Part shown: piece after piece, positions 17,647-26,810 of the stretch | Layout: the number at the start of each line of letters is the position of its first letter | Position numbering within the stretch: position 1 is the stretch's first letter | Source: Candidatus Marinacidobacterales bacterium | GTDB lineage: Bacteria > Acidobacteriota > Vicinamibacteria > Marinacidobacterales > SMYC01 | DNA length: 64,000 nucleotides | NCBI GenBank assembly: GCA_965224085.1 | Contig: CBDCYI010000011.1 | Location: 672,001 to 736,000, forward strand | Direction: 5' to 3' | Program-made: the position numbers and the translations under genes | The notes under the pieces: model-generated | What the model was told of the DNA's origin: nothing | The model's database searches: none | Seen by the model: the letters and a program-made list of their open reading frames with translations, nothing else

Positions 17647-19677
17647 TCAGTTGCTGGGCGACGTGGTGCTCGCCGTCCCGTTTCCAATACGATATTTCTC
17701 GAACCATGCCAAGACGTATTCGACCTTCGCGATGAGCTGGCTCGGTCGCCGCACGATGTTATGTGATGCACCGGGAATGCGCACGAGGGCGGTGTCGATG
17801 CGCCGAAGCTTGAGCGCGTGGAAGAACTGCTCGGACTCCGAGAGCGGCGTTCTCAAGTCAGCGTCGCCCGTCAGCATCATCGTCGGCGTCGTAACGTTTC
17901 CGACGAGCGAGATGGGGGAGAACTTCATATACGCTTCCGGGTTTTCCCAGGGCGAGCCGGGGTAGCGGTAGTTGTGGTAGCCGTAATAGTTGTCGGCGAC
18001 GAGCACCTTGCTGTACCAGTTGATGACGGGCTTCGCCGCGACGGCGGCGCGGAAGCGGTCCGTCTTCCCGACGATCCATGCCGTCATGATGCCGCCAGCG
18101 CTTCCTCCTGTCACGAAAAGGTTGCGCGTGTCGATGGTGCCGCGGTCGATGACGGCGTCGACGCCCGACATCAAGTCGTCGTAATCTTGGCCGGGGTAGT
18201 CATGGTAGAGAAGGTCGCCGAACGCGGCGCCGTAGCTCGTGCTTCCCCGCGGATTCGCGTAGAGAACGACGTAGCCCGCGGTCGCGTAAAGTTGGATCTC
18301 GGAGGAGAAACGGTCGCCGTAATTCGAAACGGGGCCGCCGTGGATTTCGAGGAGGAGAGGATACTTTCGGCTCGGGTCGAAATCCGGCGGCGTCACGATC
18401 CAGCCTTGTATCCTGCGCTTGTCGAACGAGGACTCCCACCAAATCTCTTCGACGTTGCCAAGTGTCTTGTTTGCCAGGAGGTCGTTGTTCAGAAAGGTGA
18501 TGCGCTTGATACCCGCCTCATCGCGTGCACCGACGGCGACGTCGCCAGGATGTTCCGGCCGCGTCACCGTGAACGCGACTCGGCCGTCGTCGGAGGTCGA
18601 GAACGATCCGCCGCCATACGGACGACCATAGGAAGTCCCGCCGACATTATCGGCGAGCACGCGGACTTCGCCTTCGTGCGTGACGTGGGCGACCTTCGTG
18701 TTCCCCTCGTCGTCATATTGGAAAAAGATGCCGCGGCCGTCGAGTGCCCAAGCTGGGTTCGAGACAGAGCGGTCGAGGTCTTGGGTGAGAAGGCGCTTTC
18801 CGCTGCCATCCGCGCTCATCACGTAGAGCCCGGTCACTTGGTAGGTCCGAATATGATCGTCGTAGCCGAGATAGGCGATCTGGCGTCCATCGGGCGAAAC
18901 GGTGGGGCTTGTGTCCGGGCCGTTCCTGTCGGTGAGCGCTTGGACCGTGCCGTCGGCGACGGAGACCTTGTAGATCTCGGAGTTCCGGAACTCGTATTCC
19001 CAGTCTTCATTGCGGTTCGCGGAGAAGACGAGCGCTTGGCTGTCGGGCGTCCATACCGGTGCGTCTCGATGATGAAAGGGTCCCGAGGTCACTTGGCGCG
19101 GCGTCCCGCCTTCGACCGGAAGCACGAACAAGTGGTAATAGCCATGGTCGAGATAGCCGACGCCGTCGGCGCGGTTTTTCAAGCGTGTGATGAGCTTCGG
19201 GGGGTCGGCCCACTTGGCACCTTCGGGCTTTTTCGGGAGGGTCGCGAGATGCGGCGGCGGCTCGGGAACGAGCATCGACAACGCGATGTGCCGGCCGTCA
19301 GGCGACCATGCGACGGCGCGCGGCGATTCGGTGAACTGCGTGAGCTTGGCGGTGGCGCCGGTGTCCATCCAGCGCAAGTGGATTTGCGAGCCGTCGATAT
19401 AGGCGAGCTTCGTGCCGTCGGCGGACCAGCGAGCGGCGCTTCCGTTCGAAATCCGCCGGTGGTCGGTGCCATCGGTGTTCACGATCCAGAGCTCGCGGCG
19501 GCTTTTGTCCTCCATGATGTCCATGGAGTTTCTTTCGTAGAGGACCCGGCTTCCGTCCGGTGAGATCTGCGGGTTCGACGCCCACTCGAGCTCGAAAACG
19601 TCCATCGGCTCGAAGTGGCTTTGCGCGGCGACGCTGGCGGCGCACAGGATGGTGAGCGCAGCGATTAAGGGTCTCAT
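17647..19677 (-). CDS. S9 family peptidase (acylaminoacyl/dipeptidyl peptidase)
   Basis: Signal peptide, beta-propeller repeats, IHGGP, NPRGS, GGSAGG nucleophile, DLRTP and ASHNI. Confidence 0.93.
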   Translation of the reverse strand: MRPLIAALTILCAASVAAQSHFEPMDVFELEWASNPQISPDGSRVLYERNSMDIMEDKSRRELWIVNTDGTDHRRISNGSAARWSADGTKLAYIDGSQIHLRWMDTGATAKLTQFTESPRAVAWSPDGRHIALSMLVPEPPPHLATLPKKPEGAKWADPPKLITRLKNRADGVGYLDHGYYHLFVLPVEGGTPRQVTSGPFHHRDAPVWTPDSQALVFSANRNEDWEYEFRNSEIYKVSVADGTVQALTDRNGPDTSPTVSPDGRQIAYLGYDDHIRTYQVTGLYVMSADGSGKRLLTQDLDRSVSNPAWALDGRGIFFQYDDEGNTKVAHVTHEGEVRVLADNVGGTSYGRPYGGGSFSTSDDGRVAFTVTRPEHPGDVAVGARDEAGIKRITFLNNDLLANKTLGNVEEIWWESSFDKRRIQGWIVTPPDFDPSRKYPLLLEIHGGPVSNYGDRFSSEIQLYATAGYVVLYANPRGSTSYGAAFGDLLYHDYPGQDYDDLMSGVDAVIDRGTIDTRNLFVTGGSAGGIMTAWIVGKTDRFRAAVAAKPVINWYSKVLVADNYYGYHNYRYPGSPWENPEAYMKFSPISLVGNVTTPTMMLTGDADLRTPLSESEQFFHALKLRRIDTALVRIPGASHNIVRRPSQLIAKVEYVLAWFEKYRIGNGTASTTSPSN

Positions 19678-19686
19678 GGTTACCTC

Positions 19687-20991
19687 CTACAAAGTGCGTG
19701 ACTTCGCGTTCCATTGGCGCTCCAGGTTGGCGATGAGCTGCTCGCTCAAGTGGCAATAGGCCTGCTCGCGCGCGTAGGTCGCCATGTAGCGCCGGAAAAT
19801 GTCGAAGGGCTCCGCCTGGACCCGGATGGCTTTGCGGTTGCCGGAGGCGCTCACCATCCCCGCGCCCACCGCGTTTTGTAATGCGCTCTCGACGGCAGCG
19901 TCGAGCTCTTCGGGAGGATGGACTTCGTTGATGAGCGCTTTCGCTTCGGTGCTTTCTACGGGAAATCGACGGTCGAACATAATGGCGTCGCGCGCGAGGC
20001 CTTCGCCCAGAAAGCGCGGAAGCCGCAAGTTGGCGGCTCCCGGGATAATACCTTCTTTGCGTGCGGGGAGGTTGAAATAGGCCCCCGCCTCGGCGATGAC
20101 GTAGTCGACGACGAGAAGGAGCTGACAACCGCCGCCAATCGCGAAGGCTTCGACGACGGCCATCCACGGTTTCTCGAGCGTCGTCTCTGGCTCGTCGGGA
20201 TGATAGGGCTCCTGTGCGAGGCCGCGATAGAGTTTGTGGACGAGCCCTAGGTCGCGCACGAGGTAGAAAAGGTACGAGACCTTGCCGTGGTAGATCTTTG
20301 TGAGATTGATGCCGGCCGAGAAGATGCGGCGGTCTTTGTATTTCGGGTGCTCGACTGGGTCGCCGCGGAGGACCCCCATTTTCACGTCAGGGTGGAGCAA
20401 TACGAGGTCGATCGCGACCTCCAGAGGGCCAAGAGTTTCGTCATCCTCCGCGTTCAGGTAGCGCGGGTTGCTCATGTACACATAGCCGACTTCGCCGTCG
20501 ACCTCGACGCGAGCGCCGCCTAGATCGACGGCGCCTTTGTCGACGAGCTCGTCGACACGGCTTCGTGCCTCCGCCGTCGGCGCGAGCATGCTTGTCACGA
20601 GATGCGCGCCGATCTCGGGGTCGCTCAGCATCTCCGAGAGGAAGATCCCTTGCTGGATCTCGCGGCCGTCTTTGTCTGCCTGCATCCGCTCGGCTTCTTC
20701 CGAGACTTCGGCAGCAGTCGGGACGAGCTCGGGCCAGAGCTCGGCGGCGCGCCAGACGAGCTCGTCGACGCGCACGGAGCACGTCCTGCCGTCGGTCAGG
20801 CGATCGTAGATTTCGCGCCGATGCGTGCGGCAAAGGCTCGAGCAGAGCTTGGCCATCTCGCGGACGCGCTGGGCGCCGCGGGCCTTATCGGCGTCGTTTC
20901 GGGTGGAGCGGGGAGGGAAGCTCGCGAGCTCGCGCCAGCCGCGGGCGAAGACTTCGCGGGCGTGAGAGGCCTCCTGTTCCAATGCGCTCAA
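19687..20991 (-). CDS. dpgC: DpgC-like crotonase-fold protein ((3,5-dihydroxyphenyl)acetyl-CoA 1,2-dioxygenase family)
   Basis: EIQQGIFL, YLNAED, HPKY..RRIFSAGINL, EKPW.A.VEAFAIGGG.QLLLV and EGIIPGAANLRL are collinear with recalled DpgC motifs. 434 aa. Confidence 0.8.
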   Translation of the reverse strand: MSALEQEASHAREVFARGWRELASFPPRSTRNDADKARGAQRVREMAKLCSSLCRTHRREIYDRLTDGRTCSVRVDELVWRAAELWPELVPTAAEVSEEAERMQADKDGREIQQGIFLSEMLSDPEIGAHLVTSMLAPTAEARSRVDELVDKGAVDLGGARVEVDGEVGYVYMSNPRYLNAEDDETLGPLEVAIDLVLLHPDVKMGVLRGDPVEHPKYKDRRIFSAGINLTKIYHGKVSYLFYLVRDLGLVHKLYRGLAQEPYHPDEPETTLEKPWMAVVEAFAIGGGCQLLLVVDYVIAEAGAYFNLPARKEGIIPGAANLRLPRFLGEGLARDAIMFDRRFPVESTEAKALINEVHPPEELDAAVESALQNAVGAGMVSASGNRKAIRVQAEPFDIFRRYMATYAREQAYCHLSEQLIANLERQWNAKSRTL

Positions 20992-21084
20992 GGGACTTCC
21001 GGCGAATTGTAATGCAGATGGTTGAACGAGAGAAACAGAGCGCTCATGAATGACACCTGACGTCGGGGATTTTACTAGACTCCG

Positions 21085-21990
21085 CTATCCGATGACGTCC
21101 GCGTAGAGCCGATAAAGATTTTTCCCCCCGATTTGTTCGACGGCGTCTTCCTTGTAACCGCGCTTCTCGAGCCCTTGCAACACGACTTCCATGCGGCGCG
21201 GTCCGTTCAGCTCCGACACGTAGAGCGGCCAGTGCTCGGGTTGGAACTGCGCGCCTTCTTCTTCTTGTAGGATGCGGATCTCTTCGGGATTGTCTTCGAT
21301 CACGCGGTGGTCGCGGTCGCTTCCGATGCAGACGTGCTCGAGGCCAGCGATGTTGACGGCGTGGTCGATGTGGTCGAAATAGCTGCTGAGGTTGTCGCTC
21401 GTCTCGTCGGTGATGAACGGGCGGATCTGGCAGATGCCCACGACACCGCCTTTGTCGGCGAGTTTCTTGAGGTTCTCGTCCGTCGTGTTGCGCACGTGGT
21501 GGTGCACGCTCTCGCAGCACGTGTGCGAGATGATGATGGGCGAGCGCGAGAGCTCGATCGCGTTCATGCACTCGATGAGCTCAGCTCCGAAGGCACTGAT
21601 GTCACCGCCGCGATTGTCACGCTCGCGGCAGCCCGAGCCGACGTAATTCTGGTAGTTGTAGGTGAGCTGAATGTTGCGAATGCCGAGGTTTTTTAGAAGC
21701 TCTACGCGGTCGAGGTCTCTTTGGATGGGTGTCGCGTTTTGAAGCTGATAGAAGATCGAGAGCCGGTTCTCTCGCATGGCGGGCTCGATCTCGTTCACCG
21801 ACGTAACCTTCGCGACATATTCTACGGCTTTGATCGTCTCGTCGAAGGCAGCCTCACCGTAGGTCTTGGGGTCGCAGAGGGTCACGGAGATGTTGTTCGT
21901 CCCGCTGTCGAGGATTTCCGCGATGAGATCCATGGTGTGGGTCAGTCGGATCTCGCCGAGGGCGTCGAGAATCATCATGGGGCGGATCAT
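21085..21990 (-). pseudogene. Membrane dipeptidase (M19) with an internal in-frame deletion
   Basis: IQLTYNYQNYVGSGC, PIIISHT, RNTTDE.LK.LADKGGVVGI, HVCIGSD and GKNLYRL are present. The usual ..VDLSH.. segment between CMN and IIISH is missing. Confidence 0.7.
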
Positions 21991-22019
21991 AACCTCGTTT
22001 GGCGGAACGGAGTGCCTCG

Positions 22020-22290
22020 AAGGGCGTATGGAGTGTGTCGTCACCGAGCTCTCGAAACCCGTACTTCTCGTAGAAGCGTTTCGCGGAGTCGTTCTTGGCA
22101 TCACTTCCATGGCAAACGAACCGACTTCCTCGCTGGCACGCAGGCTGCGCCCAAGCCCATCGACGAGTAGAAACTCTCCGAGCCCCTTGCGGCTTTCACC
22201 TCTGTGAACGGCGAGTCGAGCGAGGTGAACGATAGGCACACGATATCGCGGCAGCTTCTTGGACTCGTCTTTTGGCAGATCACCGCACGC
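22020..22290 (-). pseudogene. GNAT acetyltransferase (TacT/AtaT toxin-like) remnant
   Basis: KLPRYRVPIVHLARLAVH..RKGLGEFLLVD, then after a frameshift DAKNDSAKRFYEKYGF. N-terminus absent. Confidence 0.75.
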
Positions 22291-22510
22291 GATCTCGCCT
22301 GCAGTATGCTGAGGAGCTTGGGCTCGATGCGAATCAGTTCCCAAAAGACTCGGTCGATCCCGAGAATCACAAGCGGATGAACGCCGATATTGCGGAGGCT
22401 CGCTCCCTTGGTGTGACAGGGACACCGGGCTTTTTCGTCAACGGACGTTTCCTCCGGGGGCCAAGCCGTTCGAGGATTTCGCGAAGGTCATCAACGTAGA
22501 ACTCACGAAG
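22290..22510 (+). pseudogene. DsbA-family C-terminal remnant
   Basis: YAEELGLD...ADIAEARSLGVTGTPGFFVNGR. The CxxC part is missing. Confidence 0.75.
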
Positions 22511-22659
22511 AAGAACATCCCCATCCCGGCGGGGCACCGACGGCTTAGGAATTGACGGTGCGCTTCTTGCTAAAGCTAGCAAGGTGAAGCTAAAAGCTGG
22601 CCCGGGCGCACCCCCTCGCTTCGCTCGTCGACCTCTCAACGATGGAGAGGTTGCACGAG

Positions 22660-22860
22660 GCGGGTCTCGGAACGCTCTCGAGACCGCCTCGTCCTTGCTG
22701 TTGAACACCCAGCTCATCGAGGATGATCTGGACGTGGCTTCTCATGGTGAAGACACTCAGAGCGAGCTCGCGACCTCTTCGTTGTTTTGACCGTTGGCGA
22801 GGAGTCGTAATACCGCTTGGCGGCCGGTGAGCTCCGGTATGAGCTATTCGTGCATCAAAG
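22660..22860 (-). pseudogene. LuxR-type HTH regulator remnant (frameshifted)
   Basis: Across frames: ELTGRQAVLRLLANGQNNEEVA / RELALSVFTMRSHVQIILDELGV / NSKDEAVSRAF. Confidence 0.65.
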
Positions 22861-22959
22861 CCCACTTGCGCGCGAGAAATCCGAATTTCCGGTTGACAGG
22901 GAAATTTGTATATACCACTATTAAGATGTATCAACTACTAGTATCACCACCTGAACCGC

Positions 22960-23868
22960 TTGGGGGCTCTCGGCTATCGGCACCTCGAGCGCGAGCTCGG
23001 CGGCGACCTTCAAGTGCAATGGGGCGGGAGCCTCGAATGGTACGGCGTCCCGGATCGGGCGCGTTGGCTGCGCCAGCAAGTTGCGAGCAAGCAAGCGTGG
23101 GGCTATCCGGCGCGCTTGATTGACGTCGCCGAGTTCGAGAAGCTCGAAAGTGGCGTCGTGCCGGGCGACGTGCTAACCGCCTCGTATAGCGAGCAAGACG
23201 GGAGCATCGACCCCGTCCAAACGACGGAAGTGCTGCTCGATCACGCCAAAGCTCGAGGTGCTGAGATCCTCTTTCCCTGCGAAGTGACTGGGCTCGACTT
23301 GAAATGGGGACGGCTTAAGGGCGTTGCGACGACCCAAGGCGATTTCGAGCTCGATGTCCTCGTGATTGCTGCGGGCGTAGATACGCCGAAGCTCGCCGCG
23401 ATGGCCGGGCTCAAAGTGCCGCTGGTGGAGTCTCGTGGCGTTCTCGCGCATACGAAGCCCGCCGAGCGACTCATTGACCGAGTCGTGTTGTCGCCGGGTG
23501 CGCACATGAAACAAAAGCTTGACGGCCGCCTCGTCGCGGGCATGGGATTCGGCTCGGCGCCGGTCACCGAGGCGACGGAGGCCGAAGGCGAGAAGGTGCT
23601 CGCCTCGGGGAAGAACTATCTTCCCGGAATCGGTAAGCTCGAGCTCGAGCGCGTCACGCTCGGCTATCGGCCTTTGCCGCGCGACGGTTTTCCCGTGATC
23701 GGTTTTTCCGAAGGGGTCCCGGACGTCTATCTCTCGGTCATGCATAGCGGTGTGACCTTGTGTCCGGTGGTCGGCCGTTTGGCCGCGCTCGAGATTCTGG
23801 ACGGGATCGAGGTCGAGCTACTCGATCGCTACCGCTACGGCCGCTTCGAGAAGAAGAGGTCCAGCTGA
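22960..23868 (+). pseudogene. FAD-dependent oxidoreductase (DAO family), 5'-truncated
   Basis: DGSIDP, LVIAAG, GYRPLPRDGFPVIG and HSGVTL.P motifs. The N-terminal GxGxxG Rossmann motif is absent. Confidence 0.75.
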
Positions 23869-23934
23869 GCTACCGCTAGCAAGAAGTAGGGCGAACGGTG
23901 TTTCAGGCAAGAGCTTCCACTCGACAATGACGTA

Positions 23935-24050
23935 TCAATAGACAAAAACCACAGGGCGCACTCGCATTCCGTCTCCGTCTTTGACGTTGAGTGGAACGCC
24001 GACAAAAACCATCCGCTCGTTACCCAGAAGCTTGTCTATTTTGAACGCGA
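23935..24050 (-). pseudogene. Possible cyclase-family C-terminal remnant
   Basis: KIDKLL...FVGVPLNVKDGDGMRVRPVVF resembles the cyclase PLK..GGDG.PVR end motif. Confidence 0.45.
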
Positions 24051-24240
24051 CTTCGTGCTCGTCCCCGAATCGAACGCCGATAAGAGTCGTGCCGTTTACG
24101 GCGACGCGCGGCGGTGCATTGAGGGATGGGGGGCTGCACAGGTAATACTCGCCAACAGGACCCACCCTGAGAAGCGTTTCATACGAACCCCTACGGTATT
24201 CGGAGCGCGACCTCGTGTCATATACTTCGGGGCCACTAAC

Positions 24241-24765
24241 ATGCGCTTTCTCACGCTTCTGGTCGGAAGCCTACTCCTGGTCATCGTGGCCGTCGCCCTG
24301 CTTCTCTCGACGCCCGAGCTCGGTGACGTGGGCGGAAAGCCGCACGAGCGTTTCTCCACGATGGCGAGTGGCGGGTCGGGAAGCGCCCGCCACGCCAACG
24401 TGTTGTGGCTCGGTGGACTCTTCGGCGCTGCTGCGCTCGTTTACTGCGTGGCGCTCATGGCTTTCGGTGCGCGTAAGGACTCGTCGCTCCGAGGATTAGG
24501 CAAGCCCCTCGCCGCAAGCCTCGGGGTCTCTCTCGCGTTCTGGGTTTGGCTTCTCGTGAGCTACGCACGCGCCATAGACGGTGGCGCCGTGTCGTTTTTT
24601 CTGACGCTCCCCGGACCGTCGGCGATCGTGCTCTACGGTCTCTTCCCCGTGACGATCCTCTTCAATCTGCTATACGTGATCGGCTACAACCGCTGGATTC
24701 TCAGCGCGGACGACTACCAGGAATACAAGCGGCTGGTCGAAAGAATCCGGAGCCGGTCGTCGTGA
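24241..24765 (+). CDS. Multi-TM membrane protein, putative symporter partner
   Basis: Four hydrophobic segments. GTGA overlap with the symporter gene. Confidence 0.7.
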   Translation: MRFLTLLVGSLLLVIVAVALLLSTPELGDVGGKPHERFSTMASGGSGSARHANVLWLGGLFGAAALVYCVALMAFGARKDSSLRGLGKPLAASLGVSLAFWVWLLVSYARAIDGGAVSFFLTLPGPSAIVLYGLFPVTILFNLLYVIGYNRWILSADDYQEYKRLVERIRSRSS

Positions 24766-26258
24766 GCGAGCTCCGAAGCCCGATCATTCTCGGAATCGTC
24801 GGGCTTTATATGGGACTCTGTATCGTCGTCGGCTTCTGGGCGATGCGGCGGACTCATTCGGCGAAAGATTTTTTCATGGCCGGGCGTCAGCTCGGCATCA
24901 TGATCACGGGCATCGCCATTTTCTCGAGCACGATGAGTGGCTTCGGTTTCGTCGGTGGGCCGGGACTCGTCTACTCGCTCGGGATGAGCTCGGTGTGGAT
25001 GGTGATCTCGGTGTCCACGAGCTATGCGGTCGCCGACTTTCTGCTCGGAAAGCGATTGCGATTGCTCGCGGGTGCTTTCGACTCGATCTCGCTTCCCGAC
25101 GTCGTCGCAGCGCGCTACGGGAGCGAGGCGACCCGCTTTCTCACCGCGATCGCGATTCTTCTCGGCATCCTCGGCTACCTCGCGACGCAGACACTCGCGA
25201 TGGCGACCGTATTACAGAATATTCTCGTGAACACGAGATACTTTCCCGAGGTCAGCCTCGTGACCTGTGTCGTGATCTCGTCTTCCGTTCTCGTCTTCTA
25301 CTGTGTGACCGGCGGCATCCTGGCTTCCGTCTATTCCGACATGTTTCAAGGCGTCGTGATGGTCGTCGCCGGATTTCTCGTGTTCCTCACGACGCTTATC
25401 GCATTCGACGGCGGCGCTACGGCGGCGGTAGCAACGATATTGACAGATGATGCCGAGGCGGCCGGCCCATGGGGCACCGTGGGGATGATTGGCTGTCTTT
25501 CGTGGTATTTCATGTTTACCGTGGGCGCGGCCGGGCAGCCTCAGATTCTCACGAAGGGGATGATGATCGCGCGCGTTCAGAACTATCGATGGGTACCGCT
25601 GGTCACTGTCTTCGGCTATACGCTCACGGCACTTCTGTGGGTGAGCATTGGCCTCGTCATGCGTGCGCTCGTGCTCTCGGGGGCGCATCCAGAGCTCGCC
25701 GGCGCCGACGCGGCCGCGCCGGCGTTCCTGCAACACTACGCGCATCCGGTGCTCGCGGGTATCGTCTTCGCGGGACTCTTCGCCGCCATCATGTCGACGG
25801 CGGATAGCTTTCTCAATATCGGCGCCGCGGCCCTCGTACACGACATCCCGAAAGCACTTACCGGACGCTCGCTCACAAACGAGCTTATCTGGGCACGCAT
25901 CGGCACCGTGGCCCTTGCGGTGCTCGCGGCGCTCTTCGCGCTCTATTCGCACTACGAGAACGCGCGGCTGGTGGCACTTCTCGGCGCGTTCGGATGGGGA
26001 ACCTTCGGCGCCGCGCTCGTGCCGGCGATCGGGATCGGTTTCAACTGGAAGCGTGCCACCCCCCTCGCTGCGAGCGTTGCGATCGCGGTAAGCTTGGTCT
26101 TGAATTTCATCATCGAAGTGTTCGATATCCGGCTGCCCCACAACATCCACGGCGGCACGGTGTCGCTTCTCGCTTCGACGACGATTTTCTTTCTGATCTC
26201 GTTCCTGTCACGCCCTCCCGTTCTCGACTCGGACGTCGAGGCGATCATGGAGATTTGA
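24762..26258 (+). CDS. Sodium:solute symporter (PutP/PanF-like)
   Basis: DFFMAGRQLG, SGFGFVGGPGL, GQPQIL and AAIMSTADS motifs. About 13 TM segments. Confidence 0.93.
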   Translation: MSELRSPIILGIVGLYMGLCIVVGFWAMRRTHSAKDFFMAGRQLGIMITGIAIFSSTMSGFGFVGGPGLVYSLGMSSVWMVISVSTSYAVADFLLGKRLRLLAGAFDSISLPDVVAARYGSEATRFLTAIAILLGILGYLATQTLAMATVLQNILVNTRYFPEVSLVTCVVISSSVLVFYCVTGGILASVYSDMFQGVVMVVAGFLVFLTTLIAFDGGATAAVATILTDDAEAAGPWGTVGMIGCLSWYFMFTVGAAGQPQILTKGMMIARVQNYRWVPLVTVFGYTLTALLWVSIGLVMRALVLSGAHPELAGADAAAPAFLQHYAHPVLAGIVFAGLFAAIMSTADSFLNIGAAALVHDIPKALTGRSLTNELIWARIGTVALAVLAALFALYSHYENARLVALLGAFGWGTFGAALVPAIGIGFNWKRATPLAASVAIAVSLVLNFIIEVFDIRLPHNIHGGTVSLLASTTIFFLISFLSRPPVLDSDVEAIMEI

Positions 26259-26271
26259 TTGCGCCTTTGGC

Positions 26272-26790
26272 TTGTTGAAGGTTCACGAAGGCGAAGACGC
26301 GGATATCTGGGATTTCGTCCAGCGCGAGATCTACAGAGCCGTCGGTATCCCGCACGCACCCATCAACAAGACTCTAGAACCGGGCGGATCGGACGAGCTG
26401 CCGCTCATCGCCGGCGGCTATTATCCGACGCTCGAAGACCTCGCGCGTATCGCGACGTTGATTCACAACGACGGCGCTCACGACGGGCGCCAAATCCTCC
26501 ATCGTGAAAAGCTCGCTGAGATGATGTACGAAACGGATGTGCGCGGGCTCGGCTTCGGGACGTCGGGCGGCACCTATCACATGGGGATGTGGCATCGGCC
26601 TTTCGAAGTTTCACCGGAGTGCCAGATCGAGCTCCACTCGATGTCGGGGTGGGGCGGTCACCGGGTGTTGATGCTTCCGAACGGACTCACGGCCATCCAC
26701 ATCTCGAGAGAAGATCCGGCGGCCAGATCGAGCGGCGGTCTGAGCGAGATGGCTGCCGTCGCACACGCCATTCGGCCGCTATGCCCCTGA
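26272..26790 (+). pseudogene. Serine hydrolase (beta-lactamase-like) C-terminal remnant
   Basis: TLEDLARIATLIHNDG.HDGRQIL and MSGWGG motifs. The SxxK portion is absent. Confidence 0.6.
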
Positions 26791-26810
26791 TGGAGGGGCG
26801 AGGGGGAGCC

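Noticed and set aside
17818-19563. Long antisense ORFs (also 5898..7166, 9401..10570, 28462..29553, 35197..36615, 38098..39336)
   Set aside because: They are shadows of well-supported genes on the opposite strand, typical of high-GC codon bias, and have no motifs.
21085-22425. 446-aa ORF as a novel GNAT-dipeptidase fusion
   Set aside because: It is a read-through of antisense DsbA sequence, a frameshifted GNAT fragment and a deleted dipeptidase, not a coherent protein.
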